From positions 1 through 31,785 of IMG/VR virus record IMGVR_UViG_3300045988_173362: a DNA stretch of 31,785 nt; one strand, written 5' to 3'. Origin of the DNA: a virus. Under the pieces are notes generated by a model. It had not been told where the DNA came from and did no database searches. It saw only the letters and a program-made list of their open reading frames with translations. Position 1 is the first letter of the stretch; each line of letters starts with the position of its first letter. Positions 8,889 to 16,647 of this stretch are shown here, piece after piece. Both the position numbers and the translations under genes were made by a program.

Positions 8889-9488
8889 ATGCGCGAACGC
8901 ATTGGTTATTCAAATTTTGTTGATATGTACGGAAAAATTATTTTTCCGGTTTTAATACTTTTTTTGTATTTAGGTTTTGTTTCGCCGATGGTGTTTTTCA
9001 ATGGTTTTGCAAGAGATTCAATGCACTATTGCTTCTACGTATTTATTCCAAACGCAATTACAATTCCATTGAATTTACAAAATCTTTGGAAAGCCTACTC
9101 GCCCGACAAAAGTTATAATGAATTTTTATCAATTTATGGACAGTATATCGGAACATATATCGCGTTATCCATACTTGCTATTGTCATAATCTGTTGCACA
9201 ATAGCCTTTTTCGTCTTGTACTTCGCAAAGCATAAAACCAACAAGGGGTTGCTCATTGCAATTCCGTCACTCTATATCATAATGGCAATAGTTTTGTGTG
9301 CCGTAACAAAAGGAATCCCCTTTGTCGGCTTCTACACAACGCTGATATTCTTAATCCTTGCAATCTTGTACTGTGCAAATGCGCAGTTGATACCGAAGCC
9401 GCGCCAACACAAGTCGACCAAATCCGAGCGAATCGCCGAGTTGGAAAAGCAAGTTGCCGAACTGACAAAGGAAAAGGACACACATTGA
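8889..9488 (+). CDS. Moron-encoded polytopic membrane protein with a C-terminal coiled coil
   Basis: The ATG at 8889 lies 8 nt after GGGGG. The 199-aa product has 4-5 hydrophobic helices and the tail SERIAELEKQVAELTKEKD. It is the only plus-strand gene in the structural region and is visibly AT-rich (18 G+C in line 8941-9000). Confidence 0.7.
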   Translation: MRERIGYSNFVDMYGKIIFPVLILFLYLGFVSPMVFFNGFARDSMHYCFYVFIPNAITIPLNLQNLWKAYSPDKSYNEFLSIYGQYIGTYIALSILAIVIICCTIAFFVLYFAKHKTNKGLLIAIPSLYIIMAIVLCAVTKGIPFVGFYTTLIFLILAILYCANAQLIPKPRQHKSTKSERIAELEKQVAELTKEKDTH

Positions 9489-9496
9489 GTGTCCTT
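9474..9496. terminator. Bidirectional hairpin between convergent genes
   Basis: AAGGACAC-acattga-GTGTCCTT, with T-rich tracts after it on both strands. Confidence 0.6.
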
Positions 9497-9499
9497 TCT

Positions 9500-9997
9500 T
9501 TATCCCTCTGTCCTCGAACGATTGAACGAAGCACCCGCTCGCTCTCGTCCGATAGCGTTTCCGATGTTTTCCCATTTGCGTTGGTAAGTGTTTTCTTCCG
9601 CTTCTCTTGCATAGCCAAACAGCGTCCCTATCGTCATAAGTCCGCCTGCAACGTAATTGCCCGTTGCGAACGCCAAAGCGATACCGCCGACTTGTCCTGC
9701 AATCTTCATTGAGGCATTTGCAACATCTTGCGCTTGCTGTGAGCCTTTATATCTGCCGATGAGTGACACTTGCCAATCAAAACCCGACTTGACTATCTGC
9801 GCCGCGGGAATGACGTTTGCGAGTGCTTGAATCCCTTGCACCGTCTGATTAAAAGGACTGTCACCGCCGTTTATGTCGTTGATTCCCTCTTTTATGCTGT
9901 CCGCCCATTCCGAGAATACGGACTGATAGCCTTTCTCTTTTTTAGAGCCGCCACCGCCCGAACCCTTAAAATCGACCGTGATTTTATATTCTGCCAT
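9500..9997 (-). CDS. Virion/tail-associated protein with a GSGGGGS linker and a Gly/Ala-rich hydrophobic segment
   Basis: 165 aa with RBS GAGGTGA. The segment AGQVGGIALAFATGNYVAGGLMTIGTLFGY resembles hydrophobic segments of tape-measure or ejection proteins, but the protein is far too short to be a tape measure. Confidence 0.3.
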   Translation of the reverse strand: MAEYKITVDFKGSGGGGSKKEKGYQSVFSEWADSIKEGINDINGGDSPFNQTVQGIQALANVIPAAQIVKSGFDWQVSLIGRYKGSQQAQDVANASMKIAGQVGGIALAFATGNYVAGGLMTIGTLFGYAREAEENTYQRKWENIGNAIGRERAGASFNRSRTEG

Positions 9998-10001
9998 AAT
10001 A

Positions 10002-10883
10002 TCACCTCGCGATTTCCAAAGTCGCCGAAACTGTGATACCCTTACCCGAAGTCAAAGACGCGGTTATTTCGCGCGCAACAACGTCCCACGACGCGCTGAC
10101 ACCTTGCGCGGTATCTCCGTCACCGTCGGCGTATGAAAGCTCATATACGCGTTGTAGTGCGCCTGTGAGCATATCTTTGAACAGCATTGCCGACACGTCG
10201 CCGCGCTTGTAAGGCATTATGACTTTGATAGTCAAGCCTTGTTGCGTAACTTCGGTTTTCATTTCCTCGCTTCCGTCCACATTTGACGAATCGCCCGTGC
10301 GCGTTCGAACGATAGCACCGTCCATAAGCACAACGACGGTAGGATTCGCCGCCGAGCCTTTCGCTTTCATCTTCATCGTGACGTTGTTTGCAAGCACACC
10401 GTCTTTGATGAGTTGCCACGACACTTGAAGCGTTGCCGGCACTGCTTTCCCGATTTGTCCGAAATAGTTTTCAGTACCTACAAAAGGTGTAGAAACGCTC
10501 AATATGTACGCATATGAATTGCCGCCCTCATCGGTTATAATGCCCGCATTTCCAGCTACGTCCGCTACAAATGCGTTTATAGCTTGAAGCGCATAATCGG
10601 CGCGCCCCGTAACTTTGTTCTCGTCGCAGGGGATTATTACTTGAAGCGACTGCATAAGCAATACGCTGTCCAGTCCTTTAAGTGGTATCGGCGTGCTTGA
10701 TTGTTCGAGTAAAACTCCGTTTATGAGAATTGTCGGAAGTTTTTTTTGCGTGCCTTTTATAGCGTTCTCAAACTCGCCCTCGTTGCTATGGACATAAAAC
10801 TGATAGTTTCGCCCACCCACCGTTCCTGCAAATGCGTTCAACCTTTCGGTAAGTTTTTCGACAAGTTGGTTGTTTGTTATCAT
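10002..10883 (-). CDS. Putative major tail / tail-tube-like structural protein
   Basis: 293 aa with RBS AGGAG. It follows the neck genes. The assignment rests on position only. Confidence 0.3.
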   Translation of the reverse strand: MITNNQLVEKLTERLNAFAGTVGGRNYQFYVHSNEGEFENAIKGTQKKLPTILINGVLLEQSSTPIPLKGLDSVLLMQSLQVIIPCDENKVTGRADYALQAINAFVADVAGNAGIITDEGGNSYAYILSVSTPFVGTENYFGQIGKAVPATLQVSWQLIKDGVLANNVTMKMKAKGSAANPTVVVLMDGAIVRTRTGDSSNVDGSEEMKTEVTQQGLTIKVIMPYKRGDVSAMLFKDMLTGALQRVYELSYADGDGDTAQGVSASWDVVAREITASLTSGKGITVSATLEIAR

Positions 10884-10892
10884 ATCTCGCTC

Positions 10893-11198
10893 CTATTGTT
10901 TAGACAGTGTTCCCTGCAACTCTTGCGCAAGCAGTATTGCAATCATGTCGCAGGCATCGTCAAACCAATGTTCGTTTGGGTTCTGTCTCCCGTTCCACTT
11001 CGGCGATACCCACGGCTCGTTGGTGTATGGCATATACGGTGCAACCGACTGGTCGATTTCTATCACCCATACGCCGTCACCCTTGTAATTCAATTTGACA
11101 GCATTGTTTTTTAAGTTGCCCGTATCGATAGGCACTACCGATTTGAATGCCGTCATCACGTTCTGCATGATTGCAAGTTGCCGTGTATAATCAATCAT
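10893..11198 (-). CDS. HK97 gp10-like neck / tail-completion protein
   Basis: 101 aa. The motif PIDTGNLKNNA matches the remembered (V/I)DTGNL signature of the family. RBS AAGGTGGA; the start overlaps the upstream stop. Confidence 0.5.
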   Translation of the reverse strand: MIDYTRQLAIMQNVMTAFKSVVPIDTGNLKNNAVKLNYKGDGVWVIEIDQSVAPYMPYTNEPWVSPKWNGRQNPNEHWFDDACDMIAILLAQELQGTLSKQ

Positions 11199-11553
11199 TT
11201 TTTTCCACCTTGATTATTTTGAGCCTCACACGCTTTGCCGCATATTTTACACGAGAAAGTCCAAGCGATTTCTCACCGTTCCTCGTATCAAATTCCTTGC
11301 TTATTTCCGTTATGAGCCACCACGATTCCGCAAAAAACAATTTGTCGTCTTTCGCAAATGGATAGGCATACGCGGTTTCAACCTCGCTTTCCTCTCGAGT
11401 ACTCATTAGGTTTTGGACAGGTTGCTCTCGAAGCTCACGCCAGTCGGTGTAGAATTTTACTTTGATGATTTTTCCCTGTTCCATTGCGCCGTCTTTAGGA
11501 AACCACTTCGCAACAATTAAGTCCTTTTCTTTTGGCATAAGTGCGTTTATCAT
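11191..11553 (-). CDS. Head-closure / adaptor-like small structural protein
   Basis: The start was moved to the ATG at 11553 (RBS GAGAGGA, 2 nt after the upstream stop). 120 aa, located in the neck module. Confidence 0.3.
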   Translation of the reverse strand: MINALMPKEKDLIVAKWFPKDGAMEQGKIIKVKFYTDWRELREQPVQNLMSTREESEVETAYAYPFAKDDKLFFAESWWLITEISKEFDTRNGEKSLGLSRVKYAAKRVRLKIIKVEKND

Positions 11554-11554
11554 C

Positions 11555-12022
11555 TCAATAGTCCTCTCTGTAAGCGAATTTAGGCACGGTGTAATGTCCT
11601 TGATACACAAGGCACACACCGTTTGGCAAAGTCTCCGTAAGCCTCATTGCCGTTGTGGGCGAAACCCATTTTCTGAATCCCGTTTCCACATCAACACTGT
11701 TGAAAAAGTCGCCGTTGCGCAGTTGGTAGTACACCTCATCCACAAGACAGTCCTTGATAATGTCACGGCAAGGCGGATATTTCGCAAGCAAGAACTCGAT
11801 ATAGTCTTTGTTGCGACCGTGTGCATAAATGTAGCGATATAGAAAGTCCGAGACACGCCTCAATATGCGTTGCGGAAGCGTTGACGGATTTGCATCGCCC
11901 GTCGTGTCCAAATATTCCGCCATATTCACGCCGAGAGTTTCAAGCACATATCGTTCATTCAATATGTATTGATGTTTTTTGTAGTCGTATATCATTGCAT
12001 CGTCATTAAATGGATAGTTCAT
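11555..12022 (-). CDS. Head-tail connector-like protein
   Basis: The start was moved to the ATG at 12022 (RBS AGGAG). 155 aa, the first gene after the capsid gene. Confidence 0.35.
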   Translation of the reverse strand: MNYPFNDDAMIYDYKKHQYILNERYVLETLGVNMAEYLDTTGDANPSTLPQRILRRVSDFLYRYIYAHGRNKDYIEFLLAKYPPCRDIIKDCLVDEVYYQLRNGDFFNSVDVETGFRKWVSPTTAMRLTETLPNGVCLVYQGHYTVPKFAYREDY

Positions 12023-12083
12023 GTTGCACGCTCCTATATTTTGTCCGTTTGCCGAGTTGCACGGCGTTACTCTTACGAACATA

Positions 12084-12113
12084 AAGGACGGTTTTCACCG
12101 CCCTTGTTTTTTT
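12084..12113. terminator. Hairpin immediately downstream of the capsid gene
   Basis: AAGGACGG-ttttca-CCGCCCTT. The stem has one G-U pair on the minus strand and one A-C mismatch on the plus strand. T7 follows on the plus strand; only TTATGTT follows on the minus strand. Confidence 0.4.
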
Positions 12114-12115
12114 GA

Positions 12116-13201
12116 TTACGGTCTCGAACCCGGGGCAACAACCGTGAATTGCTGACCTTTGGTTCCGATTGTGGTGTATCCGTTCGCCACGATAGGTACA
12201 ATGGAGTACTCGTCCCAGCATTCTGCACCGAAACGATATTTCGGTTGAATTCTGATGCCTTGTCCGTTCGGCGAGGGAATGGTTTTGACGGATTCGTTGA
12301 ACGCCAATGCACGTCCTGTGCCGATTGAGCAGACAGCAAGACCGAGAATCTTGTTGAGCGTGCCGGCTGTCAAACCGAGATACTTCTCTGCGAGTTTCCA
12401 AACCGGATCGGAAACGACATAGCACGGCGTGTTGTCAACGTCGCCGACATAGCCGATGACGGATTCAAGCGTGGTCTTTTCGTCCAATGCACCGGTACGA
12501 ACCATGATTTGACCGTAGTTCGATCCGCCGATGATGACACCTTGTTTTTTGAGGCTGGTGTTGAGTTTTGAGCGAAGCAAGAAACAACGATTGTCTCTCG
12601 GATAGGTATCAATGCCTTGTGATTCGTTGCCGTCGTCAAGGAAGCCGTTTGCGTCGAGCAAATAGCCGAGATACGCGTTGTCGCCGGGTGTTGCGTCCAC
12701 AACGACCTTGTTGCCTGTAGCGGCATCACCGACTGCCGATGTTCCTGCCGCTTGGCAAGTGAGCCATTTGGCAAGTTGTGCCGCGATTGTTACCGCGTTG
12801 ACGTTTTGTGCGACTTTGCCGGTAAGGTTGCGAAGCTCGCCCTCTGCCGCATCGACGTTGATCATGTCTTGCATGTTGGTCGGAATGTCAATGTTGTAGT
12901 CGATCGTGCTGAGGATTTTGATGCCGTATGCTTCCGTCGCGGAAGTATAAGCGTCATCGCTATTGAAATAGCCGCCGTTCTTGTCTGCACCGATGTCACG
13001 CGCTTGTCCTGCGTTAGGTTTGAGACGGATGATTTGGATTTCCGGCGCGTCTGTGTCGGTGGAGTATTTCTCCGTACATGCTTCCTCAGGTCTCGTTACG
13101 ATGCCTTGAAAGATGTTGTCTTTGCCCCTCGTTGCCATGATACGTTTGAGGGTTACTGCGTTTACAAAAGGTGTGTTGATTGCTGAAAAAATTGCTCCCA
13201 T
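12116..13201 (-). CDS. Major capsid protein
   Basis: 361 aa with RBS AAGGAGA. It lies directly after the acidic scaffold gene and is flanked by hairpins. No diagnostic motif was recognised, so the call rests on position and size. Confidence 0.6.
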   Translation of the reverse strand: MGAIFSAINTPFVNAVTLKRIMATRGKDNIFQGIVTRPEEACTEKYSTDTDAPEIQIIRLKPNAGQARDIGADKNGGYFNSDDAYTSATEAYGIKILSTIDYNIDIPTNMQDMINVDAAEGELRNLTGKVAQNVNAVTIAAQLAKWLTCQAAGTSAVGDAATGNKVVVDATPGDNAYLGYLLDANGFLDDGNESQGIDTYPRDNRCFLLRSKLNTSLKKQGVIIGGSNYGQIMVRTGALDEKTTLESVIGYVGDVDNTPCYVVSDPVWKLAEKYLGLTAGTLNKILGLAVCSIGTGRALAFNESVKTIPSPNGQGIRIQPKYRFGAECWDEYSIVPIVANGYTTIGTKGQQFTVVAPGSRP

Positions 13202-13219
13202 GATGTTTCTCCTTTATTG

Positions 13220-13243
13220 AAAAAACACCCCAAACATGGAGTG
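13220..13243 (-). terminator. Hairpin + U6 between the scaffold and capsid genes
   Basis: Minus strand reads CACTCCA-tgtt-TGGGGTG followed by TTTTTTC. Confidence 0.5.
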
Positions 13244-13279
13244 CCTTTCAATGATGTTTTTTGTGTTTTTTTGTTTTTG

Positions 13280-13867
13280 TTATCCGCGATAAGCGCGGTT
13301 GTACGAACGCATGACTTGTCCGTCGGTTGTTATTTCCCTCTCGTCGTTGCTATCGCCTTTCGGTTGCACGCCAAAGGGTTGGTTGTCCATTGCATCAAGC
13401 ACGTGCGACAGCCTTTCGGAAAGTTCTGCAAACTGTTCTTCCAACGCCGTGATTCTTGCCGCCTGCGCCTCGGTTATTTCGAGCAGGTTCTTTTTGTCTT
13501 CTGCCTCGTCATTGTCTTGCGGTGCGGGGGTGTCATCGTCGCTTTTGTCGTTTTGCGTGTCATCAGCATTATCCGCCTTGTCTTCATCGAGTGCTTTTTC
13601 CTCGCCCTCGCTTTCGTCTACGCGGTCTTTTGCATCTTGTGAATCTTCGTCGTCGTCAAGATGTTCCTGTTCGCCGACGCTTTCATCAATGCGGTCTTTT
13701 TCGGATTGACTGTCTTCGCCTTTGTCCTCGACATCCTGTTTCGCTTCTTCCACTTGTTCGCCGGTGGTTTTAGCGAGAACTTTCTTTTTGTCCTCATCGC
13801 TCAATGCGTTGAGTGCGGCAATGAGTTCATCAACGGTCAAATCCTTTTTCTTTCCAAAAATTGCCAT
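13280..13867 (-). CDS. Scaffolding protein
   Basis: 195 aa, highly acidic (long D/E runs) and helical, with RBS AAGGAGA. It lies between MuF and the capsid gene and contains an internal ~23-aa duplication. Confidence 0.6.
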   Translation of the reverse strand: MAIFGKKKDLTVDELIAALNALSDEDKKKVLAKTTGEQVEEAKQDVEDKGEDSQSEKDRIDESVGEQEHLDDDEDSQDAKDRVDESEGEEKALDEDKADNADDTQNDKSDDDTPAPQDNDEAEDKKNLLEITEAQAARITALEEQFAELSERLSHVLDAMDNQPFGVQPKGDSNDEREITTDGQVMRSYNRAYRG

Positions 13868-14021
13868 AGTTGTTGTTCTCCTTGTTTTTATTTTCTATCG
13901 ATAGACGATTAAACGCAATCCTGCCACATTAAGCGATGCCCCTACGCAAACTGTGTTTGCCCCAAGCATACATGACCACCCCATGCGCCTAATCTATATG
14001 AATGCGCTTTCACGCACTCTT

Positions 14022-15029
14022 TCAAGTTTTTACGCGGTCAGGATAATATGCCCTGCCGTTCTCTTGCGAAAACTTGCGATACCTCGCATACGCTTCGCTT
14101 GCTTTTTTTTGAGCGTGCAAATATTCCGCGGTGTTCCCTGCGCCCTTGTTTAATTCTTCACGCATACGCCACTCGCGCACCGTCTTTTCCATCGCTCGCT
14201 GTTTGGTGTTTATCTTGTTCTCTTTGCGCTGTTCGGCTCTGCTCACTTTTGGTATTCCCATCCCCGGAACGTACTCATACAACTTGTGGCGGCAATTAAA
14301 GCCGAGCAAACCGTTCTTGTAGGTCTTGCCTGCTTTCGTTGTGTAGTAGATGTCCGTTGCCGTTTCCAACGGCACATAACTGCGTCCGTCTTCTGTTTTA
14401 CCGCTCGTTCCGTCAAGGCTGTATACTTTGCCTTGCCACGGGAAACATCTGTCCGAGCAGTCCGCATGTGTGCTACAAACCACAAGTTTTGTTCCCGCGT
14501 CCTTAAACGACTGTATCTCGTTTTGATGATACTCATATCGAACTTCCATCTCGGCGCGGTTGCGCAACGAGTTTCGACCGCTTATGTCGTCAGGGTCAGG
14601 CGCATCGTTCTTTGCCAATCGCGTGTAAACGTCGTTCACCTTTTGCATATAGTCTTTTGCATATATGCCGTTTGGAATGCCGTAACGCTGTGCTATCAAG
14701 GGCATATCCATACCCTTATACACTCGTTCACCGCTTGCTATCGTTTGTGCAACTTGTATGCGCTCATACGTTTGTTTGCCGTTTAAGCCAAATGTGGTGA
14801 ACAGTAACAAGAGTGTTTGCTTGTAAAGATTCCACATCGACTTTGGCATTAACTCTTGCAATTCTTTGTTTGAGAGCCTTACGCCGTATTTTTTGATAAC
14901 CTTGCGCACTTCGTTCTCTATGAATGCTTGCGGTCGCCCTTGTAAATACAGTCGATTGACAAGTGCCTTAATCTCGGACTGGCAATCCGTTATTGCTTTC
15001 GCCTGTGGGTTGAGTTTCCGTGTCAACAT
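14022..15029 (-). CDS. Head morphogenesis protein, SPP1 gp7 / Mu F family
   Basis: 335 aa directly after the portal gene. The motifs HADCSDRCFPWQGKVYSLDG and GFNCRHKLYEY resemble the conserved MuF core. Confidence 0.7.
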   Translation of the reverse strand: MLTRKLNPQAKAITDCQSEIKALVNRLYLQGRPQAFIENEVRKVIKKYGVRLSNKELQELMPKSMWNLYKQTLLLLFTTFGLNGKQTYERIQVAQTIASGERVYKGMDMPLIAQRYGIPNGIYAKDYMQKVNDVYTRLAKNDAPDPDDISGRNSLRNRAEMEVRYEYHQNEIQSFKDAGTKLVVCSTHADCSDRCFPWQGKVYSLDGTSGKTEDGRSYVPLETATDIYYTTKAGKTYKNGLLGFNCRHKLYEYVPGMGIPKVSRAEQRKENKINTKQRAMEKTVREWRMREELNKGAGNTAEYLHAQKKASEAYARYRKFSQENGRAYYPDRVKT

Positions 15030-16644
15030 TTATATCACCGCCGTTTCCGAAATAGTCGCCGCTGTCTGTATCGTCATAACCTTGCGGCTCTTCTGCTTTT
15101 ATGCGGTCATACTCTTCCTGCACTTGTATGTCGTCATCATCGCTGTTGAACATCTGCACCGCCTTATACTGTGAAATGTAACCGCCTTGTCTTGCGAGGT
15201 TGAGCGTTTCAGCCGTCGTGTATTTGTTCTGCAAGGAAGCATTAGACCAACGAATTACAACTTTATCCGCAAGTCCCTTCGCGAGCCTTACGCGGTCAAT
15301 GATTCGATTGAGCGGAGCTTCTATGACTGCGCGCATATCGTCGACAAAACATGCCGTTTCGTTTTCTTCCGTTGAGATTTCCCTCGCCGTCTTTGCGGAG
15401 TTGTCGTTCAGGAATGACGCAATCGTCGTGCTTGATAAGCCTGTGTTGATAGCGATGTTCTCGATGATTGTGTTTCGGATTACCTGCCATTCCGCCGCCC
15501 TAAGCTCAAATTGTATCGAGATAGGTTGTTGCTCATCGGGATTCGTGTGCGGTATTTGGTCGTACAGTGTTTCATCAAGTCCGTTGTATGCGCTTGAGTT
15601 TGAACCCGTGCCGCTTATGCCTTTGGGAAGCAACACCTTGCCTCGCCCGAGGTACATGTCCGTACACATTGCCGAGTGATAATAGTCATACTCTTGCAAA
15701 TGCGGAATGATGTTTGCCAACAAGCTCTCGCCAAACGGCAAGTCCGGATAGTTCCCCACACAATCCGCCGATGTCACAAGTTCGCACCCCAAATCCGTAA
15801 AAGGCAAGAGAAACGGCTTGTCGATAATAACGCCGTAATTGTCGCGTATAACCTTGCGCACCTGCGACGGAACGCTTTTCCAATTTACGCGTCCGATATA
15901 CTCGCTTGACGATGATACTCCATTGTTTACAGGCTTTGTGTACTCGTGAACCTGATATTCACATAAGGGCGCATCGTGAATCTCCGTTTTTCCGTCCGCT
16001 TTTGTGTAACATCCGTAATAACGATGTTCCTCGAGCGTATACACACTGTTTTGTTTGCTCTTATCTTCGGATGCAAGGGGAATGTTTGCAAGCAAGTATA
16101 CCGTCACTTCTTGCAACTTGCCCGAGTTGTCTACGCAAGGCAAAAAACGGTCAAAGCGCACAGCTTCAGTCGTAAACTGTCCTTTTGAGTCTCTGTTTAT
16201 CTTCACGAGAGCCGTGCCTGCCGCAAGTGCAAAGCGTGTCGCCATTTTTACAGTACGCGTAAAGTTTGTATCGTCTGCCCATTGAGCAATGGCTTTCAGT
16301 GAAGGGTTGACTTCTGTCCCCTTTTCACTGCCACGCTCTTTGAACGCGTTTTTGAACATAATGCGCGAACCCGACACTTTCTTTGCGGTGCGGTCAACAA
16401 TCGCCTTTGCAAGCCCCGTACTCATAATGCCGCGCTCTGCGTCGTGGAAATACGGAACCCAACCGTCATACCACCAAAGCCAGTTTTGCACGCATTTGTT
16501 CATAAACGGCTTAAACACGCCTCGGATTTTTGCGAAGAACGAGGAGTTGCTTACAAACGAATATGTCCAGTACGCATTGAACGCCGCACCCTTTTGCCAC
16601 GGCGCAAATTCGTTGTTATTGAATTGACTTTTTTCAATGTCCAT
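14968..16644 (-). CDS. Portal protein
   Basis: 558 aa with RBS GAGAGGTAA. It starts 4 nt after terL and precedes MuF. The C-terminus is acidic. Confidence 0.7.
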   Translation of the reverse strand: MDIEKSQFNNNEFAPWQKGAAFNAYWTYSFVSNSSFFAKIRGVFKPFMNKCVQNWLWWYDGWVPYFHDAERGIMSTGLAKAIVDRTAKKVSGSRIMFKNAFKERGSEKGTEVNPSLKAIAQWADDTNFTRTVKMATRFALAAGTALVKINRDSKGQFTTEAVRFDRFLPCVDNSGKLQEVTVYLLANIPLASEDKSKQNSVYTLEEHRYYGCYTKADGKTEIHDAPLCEYQVHEYTKPVNNGVSSSSEYIGRVNWKSVPSQVRKVIRDNYGVIIDKPFLLPFTDLGCELVTSADCVGNYPDLPFGESLLANIIPHLQEYDYYHSAMCTDMYLGRGKVLLPKGISGTGSNSSAYNGLDETLYDQIPHTNPDEQQPISIQFELRAAEWQVIRNTIIENIAINTGLSSTTIASFLNDNSAKTAREISTEENETACFVDDMRAVIEAPLNRIIDRVRLAKGLADKVVIRWSNASLQNKYTTAETLNLARQGGYISQYKAVQMFNSDDDDIQVQEEYDRIKAEEPQGYDDTDSGDYFGNGGDINVDTETQPTGESNNGLPVRD

Positions 16645-16647
16645 TTT

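Noticed and set aside
5339-8902. The largest ORF as a tape-measure protein, and its annotated start at 8902.
   Set aside because: Its composition is beta-rich (Y/T/G/D/N) rather than helical and Ala/Lys/Glu-rich, and it lacks tape-measure-like repeats. The first 23 codons have no RBS, whereas the ATG at 8833 follows AAAAAGGAG.
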